The notes: a model not told the origin generated them from the sequence alone. 64,000 bases of DNA from Octopus vulgaris (GCA_951406725.2 OX597833.1:68944001-69008000); one strand, 5' to 3'. Shown: positions 40,357-53,810, counted from the first letter of the stretch. Numbers and translations: made by a program.

Positions 40357-40983
40357 ATCTCTATATAAACGGCAGTTTGTCTGTGCGTTTTCTGTGTGTC
40401 TGTTTTCTCGTACCCTCACTCTGACCACGGCTTTCAACCGATTCTGATGAAACTTGACACACACATAGCCCAATGTCATAATTCAAAACTAACGCAGCGA
40501 AAATTTTGAAAAGTTCCCCCAGATCTGAAAAAAATCGATAAATTCGACATGGGGTCGAGAATCAGAAACCCAAACCACAGACCGTCTAGGGGACGCAACT
40601 CCACCTTTTTTAACTCTCAAAAAAAATTTACCATAATTTTTTTTCCATTATTTTGCTATTTTTTGACTATAACTCTCTAAAAATGCTTTATGGTTATTTC
40701 CCTTACAAACCTGAGCAACGCCGGGCGATACTGCTAGTATATATATATATATGTATATAGGTGTCTGTGTATGTGTTTGTGCGTCTGTGTTTGTGCTCCC
40801 GACATCGTTTGATAACTGATGCTGGTGTGTTTACGTCCCCATAACTTAGCGGTTCGGCAAAAGTGACCGATAGAATAAGTACTAGGCTTACAGAGAATAA
40901 GCCCTGGGGTCGATTTACTCGATTAAAGGCGGTGCTCCAGCATGGCCACAGTCAAATGACTGAAATGGTAAAAAAGTAAAAGT
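40137..40983 (+). mobile_element. family B SINE hosting a Helitron
   Basis: Head 40137-40300, tail 40785-40983. Confidence 0.9.
40354..40737 (+). mobile_element. non-autonomous Helitron
   Basis: 5' TC, 3' CTAG preceded by imperfect hairpin CCTGAGCAACGCCGGG, inserted between A and T, no TSD; second copy at 57545-57925. Confidence 0.85.
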
Positions 40984-41569
40984 GATATGGCAAAATACAC
41001 TGCAAACGTTTTTTTCCTATTCCCGTCAAATTCACTTCGCGGGTTAATTCTTCTCTAAATTTAGGAATTAAATTCCACCGTTTATTTAAACATATTCCTA
41101 TTGAGACAACCAAAGTGGAATCCACAGCTTAACCTTTATAACTCTCTGATGCTAATAACGGAAGGCAACGTTATTAGGCCTTGAATAATCAAGTGGAACG
41201 TTGAGAGAGCAGGGATATCCTGATAGTAAAGCTGCATAGATTCAGAGGTTAATAAGATCCACTTGTAAACACGACGTCACAAGCGACCACATCGCTGCAC
41301 GGGACACTAGAGAGAAGTGTATTTCCCATTAAAATCAGATATTCGCATGTGAGTGCTTATCAGAAGACAAGAACAGCTCAGTCTTTCTGCATGTATAGAA
41401 ACATACACACATGCATTGCTATATAATAGAATAATATACTATATATTGTGTTGACGTGTGCCTAAGTACGTATATATATATATATATGTATGTGGATGCA
41501 GTTAAGTACACATACATTGCTATATAATACAGTTATATATCATATAGTGTTTACGTGTGCGTAAGTACG

Positions 41570-41614
<45 letters not shown>

Positions 41615-42409
41615 GCATGTATATATGTATGTTTATATAAGTACAAAAATAGATAAATGTGTGTGTATGTACGTAAGTACGAACATACATTTAAATGCAT
41701 GAGGCGTGTATGTACATAAGTACAAATATTTATAATCAGATGCAACTCCATACAAATAGTATTGCCCTTTGAGAAGATCAATAATTTGAGTTGCACTGAT
41801 TATATTTAACATGGAAGAATAAAAGGCAATTTGGAACGTAGCCTAATTTTAAATTAAGACAACCATGGTGTAAACTAATTAAGGAAATGATTTTCTGGCA
41901 TGTCCTCGTATTCATCCCTATTGCATATTACAAGATAATGCCGTTCGATTCCGACCAATCAGTTCGCCACGTTCGAAGCGTCTTAATCGAGATAATATGG
42001 AACAGAATAGATATTTCACTCTGATAATTAAGTTGTATTTGACTAGATTCAGTGATTGGAATGGAGAAATGATGGCCTTCCATCTTTAAGGGTTCTCAAT
42101 GCTAGCTACCGCGAGATACTCAACTGAGTGAAGATTCAGTAGACTCGGTTTTTATCCTCACTCGGTTAATCTGAAAGTCCTTAAAGGGACTGCATGGATT
42201 CCGGAGAGAAAATAAGGTTTTTATCGAAGATCAAGAGATCGGAGTTTTTCGCATCCATATTATACAAATGTTTCCATCACTATTTGTTTTTGGACCTACG
42301 CACGTTTAGGCAGCCGAAATGTGCTCAGGTGTAAATGAAGATCTATGTAAGCAACTGTACATTATTGTATGGATGTGCCAATGTCCGTTCCTCTGATATT
42401 TTATTCCAT

Positions 42410-44400
42410 ACATATATCACAGTGTGTGTGTAGTGATTAACGCATACATTTCAACAATTCTTAACCGATGTTCTTCAAACTTTACACAGACATGGATGGT
42501 GATGCACTATAAATTTTTACCCTGAGCCCTCGCGTAAATAGATGTAAAAGGAGACAGCTTTTTGTGTGTAGGGTCTTCCATACTTTTTTTAATCTTTTGG
42601 CAATATAAAAAATATGGAAGGGTTTTGTCTATTTATTTCGACTGACCACCTGCGCAGAGACCCAGTCAGGAAACAAGATTTTGCTGTCATGCAAATATTT
42701 GTTACTGTAAACGATTTATCCAAATTCGTTGTATGTACATAGTTTTTTGTATATAGGGTCATCTATACGTTTTTAGTCTACATGGTCGTATTTTGGCATT
42801 ACAGAATAATTTTTAGTGGTTATCACAGAGTTTCATTTATTATTTATTTATATATATTGTAATTCTGCTTTATGACTTTATTTTTTTATATGTCTATCGG
42901 TGTGTATAGTTTGAATTTTTGTTAGAGAATATTATAAAATAAAAGATTTTTGTCTATTTATTTTGATTCAGTTTTCCATAATTCTTTAATATATGGTCAT
43001 ATATTTTTTTATTATAGAATACTTTTTTAGTTGATCTCACATTTTTTTTATTTATTATTTATTTATGTGTTTTTATTGTCTATTATTATTTTCTATATCC
43101 GATAACCATTGAATGATGAGATTCAGTCTAATATTCACCGGAAAGATCTTGTCCAAAATTATTGGGAACCATTTAGTAGTCGATGGCCATCAAAGACGTT
43201 CAACTATGATCCTGCTGAGGATCACGCCGCTCATCGAGAGACTCTTACGAGTGATATGTCTGTAATATGTTCATTTTGCAAGGGCTTCAAGAGGGTTGGA
43301 GAATCCAGTGGCCTATACAAGATTCGTTTGCTTGACCTGTAAAACACACCTCCTTCTTTGCTCTCTGGTCAACACCCTGATCCGCAGCAATTTATACAGA
43401 AAATTCGCGCTCATAACCGTCTTCCAGTTGACAAGTTTCGGTCACAAATCCATTCATTAAAACTCCTATATGCCAACGTTCAAAATTAAATTCAGGGCCA
43501 AACCTCTAATCGCATAGGCTGTATTCTTCTTGTCAACAGCGCTGAACACCGATTCCTTCAAAATTTACTACACGGGTGTTACCACTGAGTAATGGTTCGC
43601 CGAGCGCATGTGGCACCTGAACCAAATATGCTTCTTTTTAATGAACTTCAGGAAATTCTTCACACCACCAATCGATATGTGAGGGACTTCAAAACTGATA
43701 TACCACGCCGACATACTACAGACGATCCCAATTTCAAAGTTATCATAAGGAGTGCGCGAACGCCTATCGGAGAGCACCGAGGTTGCTTTAACCAGCTCCA
43801 AAATGAAGAAATTGCAGGTCTGCCCTGCCCTCCCGATGAAGCCACACCGTCGATTACATGGTTACCTCCTTCACACATACATCAACATGCTTTAGCAGCT
43901 GTTTCGACACACTGACATGCGCGGGATGGTCCACAACAGTGGTGTGGACTGGGAAACACACTGTCTTTGATCTGAATGGCTAAAAACTCGAATATAATGC
44001 AATCATTCTCCAATGGTCAGTGTCTTACGCGCAGACGTGATCCTTTTCCAACCTTCATTATAGCTCATAACTGACTGTCGGTATGTGCAGGGGGATAACT
44101 AAGTAAAATCTCTGCCCACAATAAAACACAAGCTGGTTATTTTGAGTACGTATATATGTTTATCATGTTCACTTTTACCGTCATTACAACTTCACAATTA
44201 TCTGTGCCTTTCAACGCGACATCTTTTCGCTGCCAATTACGAAAGATTCAAAGCGGTAATCGAGAACTGAAGTCAAACTCTTCATGCCTTCTACGGTTGC
44301 CGTGCTATTCATAAACCTTCTCGGTGGTTCAAATATTTGGTTGAAAAAATACTACCAAAGCAAATTAAACCATCCAAAGGACGGGTGCGTTAAGCTACTA
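42410..44400 (+). mobile_element. internally deleted Helitron with Rep-upstream coding relics
   Basis: FNYDP...DMSVICSFCKGFK..GESSGL; FIQKIRAHN; MPTFKI.QGQ; ELQEILHTTNRYVRDFK...TPIGEHRGCFN..EEIAG. 3' end GGACGGGTGCGTTAAGCTAC resembles a decayed ...CTAG terminus. Confidence 0.75.
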
Positions 44401-44417
44401 TATATATATATATATAT

Positions 44418-44708
44418 ATCACGTGACCGACCAGACCATCAGATGTTGCTACACATCGCTGGTCACAATGCGCTTCGCATTGTTTTCGCCTTCGAATGAC
44501 GCCACCCCGCTGGCTAAGCAAGCAGGCCAACAGAAGAAAGAGTGAGAGAAAGAGTGGTGAAAGAGTACAGCAGGGATCACCACCCCCTACCGGAGCTTCG
44601 TGGAGCTTTTTAGGTGTTTTTCACTCAATAAACACACACAACGCCCGGTCTGGTAATCGAAACCGCGATCCTGCGACCGCGAGTCCGCTGCCCTAACCAC
44701 TGGGCCAT
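44418..44708 (-). mobile_element. family C SINE, tail type 2
   Basis: Reverse complement of the 7290-7560 type. Confidence 0.9.
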
Positions 44709-45294
44709 ATATATACCCGGTTTGAGACAGCACACAAAATGTTAGCTACTTTAGAGCCACTGCCTTCGTTGCGATTGCTCTCAATTATCCTCATTCCGTT
44801 ACAAGCATTCGCAATCGCAAGGAAGAATCGGGAATAAACTGCATCGTTTTGTTCCAAACTAGACCAATGAAAAAGGAAAAATCTTTGGGTTTTATATTAT
44901 TTTTCCTGTGAGTTTTATGAAGTACGTACCAGACATATCAAAATTTGATCGATCAAAATGCTGCCAATGCATCGTCCTCTTAGAAAGTAAAACCTCCATA
45001 CTAGATCACCTAAATTCAATTGTCTGCGTGGAACTTATATAATTTGACTTTATTGGTGCTGGAACTAAATACATTTAGAGCCGAGACAGTTTATAATGTG
45101 ATTCCATATATTGCGTTTGTAGTATTGATTCTTGACATATATATATATATATATATATATATAGCAACGTAATTTTGTATTAGTTTGAAGAGGGAATATT
45201 TTGAGGTGTAAGGTTTTTTCTCCTTGAAGAGAGGCGACGTATTTCACATCAGTCTCTATATCTAATCATAGTCTATACTCTTTCTTCCCATTAC

Positions 45295-45720
45295 ACTTTC
45301 ATTAAGTCATTTTTATACATCTTTATGTAGCAACACAATGTTCTTATAAACATACATACATACATACATACATAACGTCGCCTTTCTACACCATACACGT
45401 CAACATACGTCGTTCTAGTACACCAACATAAAAGCATTACGTTTCTGGTATACACACCTTATTTAGGAAAATCCAATGTCATAGAGAGGCGTTCAAACAT
45501 TAGGTCGCCTTCATGCAATTTATATATCGACATACTTTGTTCTTATACACACACTACGTCGTTTTTATATACTTTATATTGCAAAATACTTACCTATACA
45601 CACATGCATATGTTAAGTCGCTTTTATACAATTTATGTTGAAAGTGTAATAAATTCATACACGCATGCCCTGCGTCACTTTCATGCGGCTTATGTGGCAA
45701 CCTACTTTGTTCTTAAACCC
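45295..45720. repeat. old diverged tandem repeat, unit about 55-60 bp
   Basis: Recurring (A/C)GTC(G/A)YYTTYATRCA..TTATRT..CAAC.TACTTTGTTCTTA near 45305, 45376, 45503, 45557, 45616, 45673. Confidence 0.55.
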
Positions 45721-46231
45721 TCAGCATCCAGTAAGACAGCAGTTTAGCAACATTAGCACAAGCGTTTGAATAGACGTGGGATAATTTGCTGTTCGCTATG
45801 AATCTCTACGTTCTGAGTTCAAATACCACCGTGGTCAACATTACTCTCTCTGTTTTCGGATTGATAAATAAGAGATTAATACAGGCATGGCTGTGTGGAT
45901 ATATCGAAGAGTAAGAGGTGAAAGACCCTCGTTACAGAGTTTGAAACCTCACGTTATTGGACTATTTTGTAATGGCTTATAACCTCACTTCTGTGTTATT
46001 AGAAAGAAAAAAGAAATTATGTTAAGTAAGAGGTTTTAGTGCCTCCTCCTTGTAAAATGTTCGAAACCTTATATTGATTTAAAAAAAAAAAAAAAAAGAA
46101 AATATGTTTTCGAGAAAAATCCAATCGGCGGGTGTTGGGTTTCGTCTCTCATTTATTCATTATCATTCATTAATGTGTTTGTCCAGCCCGCAAAGCTCTT
46201 TGTACTGTCTATATGACAAATTTATGAAATA

Positions 46232-46368
46232 AAGTAGCTTGCTTCCCAACAACATAGTTTCGGGTTCAGTTCCACTGCGTGGAACTTTGGGCAAGTGTCT
46301 TCTGCTAGAGCCTAGGTCCGACTAAAGCCTTTTGAGTGGATTTGATAGACGGAAACGGAAAGAAACCC

Positions 46369-46426
<58 letters not shown>

Positions 46427-46427
46427 T

Positions 46428-46468
<41 letters not shown>

Positions 46469-46600
46469 TTGTGTCTGTTTGTCCCCGCTAACTTTCCACC
46501 ATCGCTTGACAAAATGTGATTACGCCCCCATAAATTAGTGGTTCGGCAAAAGAGACAGAATATGTACTAGGCTTACAGAGAATAAGTTCTGGCGTTGATT
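46232..46600 (+). mobile_element. family B SINE, both ends truncated
   Basis: AAGTAGCTTGCTTCCCAAC...GGTTCGGCAAAAGAGAC. Confidence 0.8.
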
Positions 46601-46679
46601 TCAAATTTTGGAACCATGAGGCAATCGAGAGAAAAAAAGTACTTCCTAGCTCACTACCCGTAATTACTTTTTATATAAA

Positions 46680-47076
46680 CTAGCTGTATCACCTGGCGTT
46701 GCTCGGGTTTGTTTCGACCCTTTAGAATTGGAATTTTTGAAAATGAAAAATATTGCATTATGTAGCTTGTTATTCTCTTTAAGTGGACATTTTTCTGGTT
46801 GAAATACACCGAAAAATGACGACACAGCAATTAAATGATCGTAAAAAATAGAAATTTTTGTATATAAAAAACACCTTTTTCATGTAAATACTTTTTGGTG
46901 TTAACATGGTCTGATTTGAATTTTTTTCTTCTACGGAAGGACGAGCAAACTTTCTTCTATCATAATCTCAATTTTGGTCAACTTGCGCCACAGGGTCTCG
47001 GAGGAAATAGTGTTAGTTGAAGGTTATCAAACCTGCCACACACAGACAACTTCAGCTTTATAAATATAGAGATAGA
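46680..47076 (-). mobile_element. non-autonomous Helitron, second family
   Basis: Minus strand starts TCTATCTCTAT and ends CCCGAGCAACGCCAGGTGATACAGCTAG; 3' terminus like that of 40354-40737, different body. Confidence 0.8.
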
Positions 47077-47294
47077 GATAAGACATTAACTGTATTAGTA
47101 ACAGAACATATTGTAATCAGTTTTTATAAGAGTACTGTCCTACACACCTAGATAAATATGTGCACATACAAACAAACACATACAAATATTTATTAACAGA
47201 CGAAGATAGACGTAGACTGCAAATCTGTTGTCGCTGTGTTATTAGCAAAACGTGATCCAAACTGAGCAATTTGATTTTGCGCTCTCTCTCTCTC

Positions 47295-47685
47295 TTTACA
47301 CTTTTACTTGTTTCAGTCATTTGACTGCGGCCATGCTGGAGCACCGCCTTTATTCGAGCAAATCGATCCCGGGACTTATTCTTTTGTAAGCCCAGTACTT
47401 ATTCTATCGGTCTCTTTTGCCGAACCGCTAAGTGACGGGGACGTAAACACACCAGCATCGGGTGTCAAGCAAAGCTAGGGGGACAGACTCAGACACACAC
47501 ATATATATACATACATATATACGACAGGCTTCTTTCAGTTTCCGTCTACCAAATCCACTCACAAGGCATTGGTCGGCCCGGGGCTATAGCAGAAGACACT
47601 TGCCCAAGATGCCACGCAGTGGGACTGAACCCGGAACCATGTGGTTGGTTAGCAAGCTACTTACCACACAGCCACTCCTGCGCCT
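47295..47685 (-). mobile_element. family B SINE
   Basis: Full-length reverse complement. Confidence 0.9.
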
Positions 47686-49183
47686 ATGAAAGTAGCCATT
47701 TTGTTCTTTCTCCACTTCCAAATGCCCAAGGAGCTGGTTGTGTTCCTTTCATGCCCATGAAAATTTAAACAGCATGCTTTTACGCGTTAATTTGCATAGG
47801 AACTCAGTTTGCCAGAAAAACCGAGTGTTCATCGTCGATAATGACGAAGGATTCAGCGCTTACCAAAGTCTAACATACTTTTCTGATGGACGTTTCTTGT
47901 GAAATCAAGCAAGACTATTTCAATTTCCATATCTCGTCTAGCATAATATGTATAAATCACACGAGCTCGGTATTGATTTCGTGTTAGTCATTATATTTTA
48001 GACATTTAGAATTACATGGCAGGGCCAAGAGGAAAGCTTGAGAAAAGTAGCAAACCATTATATGTTGACATCAGTTCTTTTTTTCTATTATAGCTATAGC
48101 TTCTCTGACAGAGAGCATATGCAACATGGGGTGTATATATATACATATATATATATATGTATGTATGTATATCAATTCTGCTACAGAGAATATTTTCCTG
48201 CTCATTTATTGTCTATTTACAATTTGCATTGTTTGCATGTCACTTGCTACTCTCAAGATGTACAAGAAATATGTGTTAAATCCATCAAACCATACATTTT
48301 GATTGCTTATTAATATTTATTGAGTTTCGACAACGGTTTAGATATACCGTATGCAATAGTCATTATTGTACATGTCAGCATATTACACAGGAATCCGACG
48401 TTGAATCTATTTTCTCACTGTATTTTTCCCGTCAACTATACAAAAGTATACGCAGTTGTTTTTGGTTCTTTTTTTTGTGTATAATAAGAGATAGACTGAT
48501 ATCTATAAGATATTTGTTTTGATGCTTTATAAGAATATGAATGCTAAATATAAGGGAAGCCAAAACGTTTTTGCATAACAATGAAATCAAAATGGCTAAC
48601 ATATCAGGAATTCATTCTACTAGCTGACTATACACACAGAAAGATATAATCAGAACGAGATTTGAATAGATAATATAACAAATTTTTCTACTAACTGACA
48701 TGTCTTTCCTGCGGTGGGAAATGACAAAAACAAGAAGACAAAAACAAGAAGACAAAAAAACAAAACAAATAGAAATAGATTTTACATGGAAGAAACCTTT
48801 TTTATGTCTACTAGAAAATGACTACTTGCATGAGAATGTAAGAAATAAAAGACGGCTATAAAAATATAACTTCGAAATTGCACTGAAATGGTTTGGAAAG
48901 ACATGAAATTGATAATTATGTATAATAGACAAAGCAAATACATTCCTTAGACGTAGAGAATCGTAAAACTCAAAGAAGTGTTGGGTAAAATATTGGATAA
49001 TGATATAAATTTCAAATGCAGCCAAGTTGCTCACGTTTGATTTTAAATATTTAACTATATATATCTTGCTATAACAAGTGATATGATAGTCTGATGTACT
49101 GAACAAAACATGAAACGGAATGGAATTATTAAGAACAATAATTGTACAATATACATGTACACATACCCACGCACAGCAACGAC

Positions 49184-49520
49184 GTGTAGAGGAAATGGCC
49201 CAGTGGTGAGTGCAGCGGACTCGCGGTCGGAAGATCGCGGTTTCGATTCCCAGACCGGGCGTTGTGTTTGTTTATTGAGGAAAACACCTAAAGCTCCACG
49301 AGGCTCCGGAAAGGGTTGGTGGCGACTCCTGTTGTACTCTTTAGCCCCAACTTTTTCTCACTCTTTCTCCCTGTTTCTTGTCCCCGACTTCCCACGCAAC
49401 CGCTGAGCCTGGATGCGCATTCATTCATCCGTCGATGCTCTCGGTTTCGGGGGGTTGACCTGCTTTCTCATCTGCGGGTCTTACGAATAGCAAAGGACTA
49501 CGTTTCGGACTTCTCCCACG
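49184..49520 (+). mobile_element. family C SINE, tail type 3
   Basis: Family C head then distinct tail CGCAACCGCTGAGCCTGGATGCG...CTTACGAATAGCAAAGGAC. Confidence 0.8.
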
Positions 49521-50371
49521 AAAAGAACAACAAACAAACAAACAAACAAACAGCAACCACAACATCGAGTGAGAATGACTCGATAACCAACCAAGCTTTC
49601 GCTAATACTTTTAAGAGTCGATGCAGCCATGGGTTTACTTATATAATCGGCCTCAAAGAAACGCAGACTTAACTGTCTTCGATGTAACTACCGTTTTGAT
49701 ACAAATCGCCTGGATGGTAGTCAATTCCTTCCGGGTGAGTTATCTAAGGCTGCATGAAGTGAATTGCACATCAATACAACTTGCCGCTCATCCAGCTATC
49801 GAACATAAGATGATTTTGAACAGAAACCCCTAAACTCTTGACTAGACCCCGTGCTTAGTAAATATTTTGTTTGTGTGCGTGTGTGAGTGATCAGAATTAT
49901 TCGATGAGTGGTTTTTCTGACCGTCTTTTCATTTATTATATGCTTATTTATGTGCTTTGTGCTTTTAGTGTCCATCTGGGTAATATATATGTTCTTAAAA
50001 CTTTATCATTGGCATTCCTAAAGAAATGAACTCCAAAATACATACAAACACATAATAAAGTTTAATGATATATCAAGAACTACATCCTTCTCTCTATGTA
50101 AAAGTACACGTATATCGAATATATCAGCCTCGGTATTCTAATGCTTCATATTATAGAACAATGAAGGAATGTTAACAGAACATACGTGAGTCTATATATA
50201 ATCGAGTTGATAAGACGGGAAAATCTGGATGGGAATAACCAGTGTGTCATAGAATTACAGAGTAGGACCTATAGGAAAGCATACAAAATATACGAATGCA
50301 GATATTGTTTATTTATAGTGATGAAATTTAAATGGCTGTACTCGCACTCTCTTACATATAAATGTGTGTGT

Positions 50372-50848
50372 GTGGAGGCGCAATGTCCCAATGGTTAGGG
50401 CAGCGAACTCGCGGTCGCAGAATCCCAGTTTCGATGCCCAGACTGGGCATTGTGAGTTTATTGCGCGAAAACATCTGAAGCTCCACGAGGCTCCGGTAGG
50501 GGGTAGTGGTGAACCCTGCTGTACTATTTCGCCACAACTTTCTCTCACTCTTTCTTCCTGTCTCTGTTGTACCTGTATTTCAAAGGGCCATCCTTGTCAC
50601 ACTGTGTCACGCTGAATCTCCCCGAGAACTACGTTAACAGTACACGTATCCGTGGAGTGCTCAGCCACGTGTACGTTAATAAACGAACCGCGATGTCACT
50701 GGTGCCAAGCTGTATCGACCTTTGCCTTTCCCATGGAAAACATCAGTGGCGTGAAAAGGGGAGGCTGGCATGTGTAGGCAACTTCTGGTCTTCTATAAAC
50801 AACCTTGCCCGGACTTGTGCCTCGGAGGATAACCTAGGTGCAATCATG
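50372..50848 (+). mobile_element. chimeric SINE: family C head/body + family D tail
   Basis: Switches near 50685 to CACTGGTGCCAAGCTGTATCGACC...AACAACCTTGCCCGGACTTGTGCC, as in 31935-32269. Confidence 0.8.
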
Positions 50849-52699
50849 TATATATATATATGTACACACATATACATACGTACGTATATGGACATCTATA
50901 CATTCTGGAATACGATATTGAGTACTACCAATGAGTGGTTGCCCACTGCACGAATAACATACAGTTAATTGTAAACGAATGGATAATACAATCATTACGG
51001 CTCTCGATTTACTTGATTATAAATTAAATTCTTTTGTTCTCACCACTAATTATAGTTGTCTTAAATACACAATCCCACACTAATTTCTTTCACACAACAT
51101 TTATACACATGCCTATGTTTACATACACTTACACATAGACATACAACGCGCGTGTGTTGTGTGTATGGGGACTCTTTCATTGACATTAATTAAACAGGAA
51201 AGTACAAGGAAGCAGTTGAAATATGTGATAAATTGGTTTGACGTTTGGGAGAAGAAACTTTAAACACGTCATGAAAAGCGTAACATATTTATGACGGTTC
51301 CGAAAAACTGATAAAATGGTAGGAGGGAAGGGAGAAGTAGCAAGAACTAATTAGGGATAAGGGAAGGAAAAAGGAGGGGGAATTCGGCGGATTAAAGGAA
51401 GCGGAAAGCACAATGCAACACATGTTGAACAGCTGTCAAAGACTGTAGATAACCAATGCGATTTTCACAATTATGAGAAACGAGGAAGTGTGCAGATTAT
51501 GATGACAAGTAAAAACATGGTTATGAATGAGGACGTTGGCTAATTAATTATCTTTATGACAAATATGAAAAGCCTAAGTTGGAGACGGCGTGTATATAGA
51601 GAAAGAGCGATGCTTATCTACAACATACTTCTCCACTCTTTCTTCTTTCTGCATCTCTTCTGTCTTTCACAATTTTCTGTTTTCAAAATCCCCCCCCCCA
51701 CTTATTCTCTCTACACATTGGCAACCTGCTTCTCTCGTATTATCAGAAACGCTCTCTTTCCCACATACAGGCCTTCATGAAGCGTTACCGTTTCGCTTTC
51801 GTGCTGCAGAAAAGCAATTTGATATACAAGAAGTAGAATCTAATCCGCGGGTCGAAAACTTACAATCAATTAAGATTGTTCTTGCAATCAGTAGACAAGT
51901 AAATGCTCGCTTTCCAAATATAACTTCGAAAAAGACTAACGAAACCACAACGACGGAAATTAAGTCCAGTACTAGTGGCCAATGAAATTGAAATGACCGT
52001 TCTTCATCTAATCAGATTTTCAAATTCCTCACCACAATACATATTTGATATGTTTGTATCCACACACCGGATTTTCTCATATTTTGTTGCATCGCAATAC
52101 TATAAAAATTCATATTGCTAGATTACGATTAAAGTTAGTCAGAAACAAAATAAAAACACGATTACCTGTATATTTAACAGACAAGGCAATCCCCCTGTCG
52201 GTTTAAATTAAAAACATAAGGCAGGTAATTCAAGTCTGACCGGCAGCTACTCAAATTGTTTAGTAACTTAAAAATAAACGATAGAAATGGAAGTGGTCCA
52301 GCTAGCTAGTTTTCTTTTTTAATCATTCATTCTCTTTTAATGATATTCAAATTTGTCACTATTCCTAATTAGCCAGTATCTACATTCATAGTTAATGCTA
52401 ATATTCACGAACTATGAATTAATATTTCAACTGCTTCATCACCATCCCACACTAATTATTATCACTTTGAAATCCCAGTGGTAATTTTATTCTCACGTCA
52501 GGTACGATGCATCTGTTAAACACACCATTCATCGTAAATCGTATCCAGACTCATTAGTATATAACTACCGACAGACACCTTCCATAGCTCTGAATCATAC
52601 GCGCGATGTTCTGTCTTCTCTTTAGTTGTAGCTTAGAATTTTTTTTCTTTTCGATACAAATGGTTAACGGAGAATCTTGCCTCTCGCAATGCAGAATCC

Positions 52700-52875
52700 T
52701 TTCTCGTGGCACCAACAGACAAAATAGAAAATGCGTTGCCCCGGAAGATAGCCAGGGAGGTGCGCTGAATGTTGCTAGCGATTTGTATCGAAGGGAAAAG
52801 GTCTATAGCGTGAGATGTAAAAAGTATAAGGGAACAATACGCAGTCCTATACAAGTGCAGCTCCTTTGAAAACTT
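52700..52875 (-). mobile_element. CRE-clade-like non-LTR C-terminal (RLE) fragment
   Basis: Minus strand GAALV*DC...PYTF and IQRTSLAIFRGNAFSIL resemble G..LVWD.T..DT and QR.S.A.QRGNA..I motifs. Confidence 0.5.
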
Positions 52876-53634
52876 CAGTTGTAGTAGATACAAAAGTACC
52901 AGACAGAGAACGAGTTATTTTTACAGGATCAATGTCAAGAATCAAAAATTGATTTACACGTAATTTGATTTTAATGTGTTTGTAATCTTGACTTGATGTA
53001 ACACATATTCGGTGACCTAGTATTAAAAATACTAAAGAAAACAACGTCGAAAAATCTATTTATTTCACACAATTTCGAAATTTCAAGTGCACTGTGGAGC
53101 CTCGAGATACAAATATTAGAGCTTGAGATTTTAAGACTCCTGCTTTTTAAGTATTTTGCAAAAAAAAATATTGGTTTGTAACAATTAATATAAAAAATAA
53201 AATGTGGAACAGCAAACGTGTTATAAATTGATTTTTCGCTCATAATTCAAAATTTCAAGTAGGTTTCATAGCTTGATGTAAATTTAAGAACTTCAGTTTT
53301 TAACATATGTTTTTAAAGGATTTCGCAATAAAAAATATATTCTTGAAAACATATTTCGAAAACCTATATAACAAGTACCTTTTTCACTCCACCCTAATCT
53401 ACAGTGAATATGTTTCATGCTTTCAATAAAAGATATTTTTCATGAGAGGTACAAATTCACCGAGCAATTTCTTATTAGCCAAGCGTTGACAGATGTTTGA
53501 GAATGTAATTTCTTCACAAAGAAATATCAAAAAAATCGTTTCAATAAAATAATATTCTGTGAATTATAAAATAAACTATTGCATATCTACCAGTATCTGT
53601 TGAACTTCAGTAATTAGTTCTTTCCTAAACCTCA

Positions 53635-53810
53635 ACTAGGGTTTCATCACTCCTGAAGGAAGGATCCCACCCTGGACTCCTTCCGCTACTATGTTTCTCT
53701 GGACAGTCCTAGCCTTATAGGCCCCAGATAACGGACTTGATCATTCTCGCCATCTAATATTTGGTCTGCCCTTTGATGATATCCATCGCCTTGCTGTCCC
53801 AAAGATTCAT
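53635..53810 (-). mobile_element. RTE-like LINE 3' coding end
   Basis: Minus strand KGRPNIRWRE...GSFLQE* resembles the GRP..RW.D C-terminus of RTE ORFs. Confidence 0.5.

Larger units (their letters stand above)
38100..42250 (+). pseudogene. possible heavily decayed cadherin-repeat gene
   Basis: Scattered same-strand motifs: LSDIND (~39390), LDRD..FSIRSIDQG (39560-39620), NEAPTI....V..MEN (39942), KRLNRD..QNRYFTLII (41976), DGLPSL (42071). Many stops. Confidence 0.35.
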
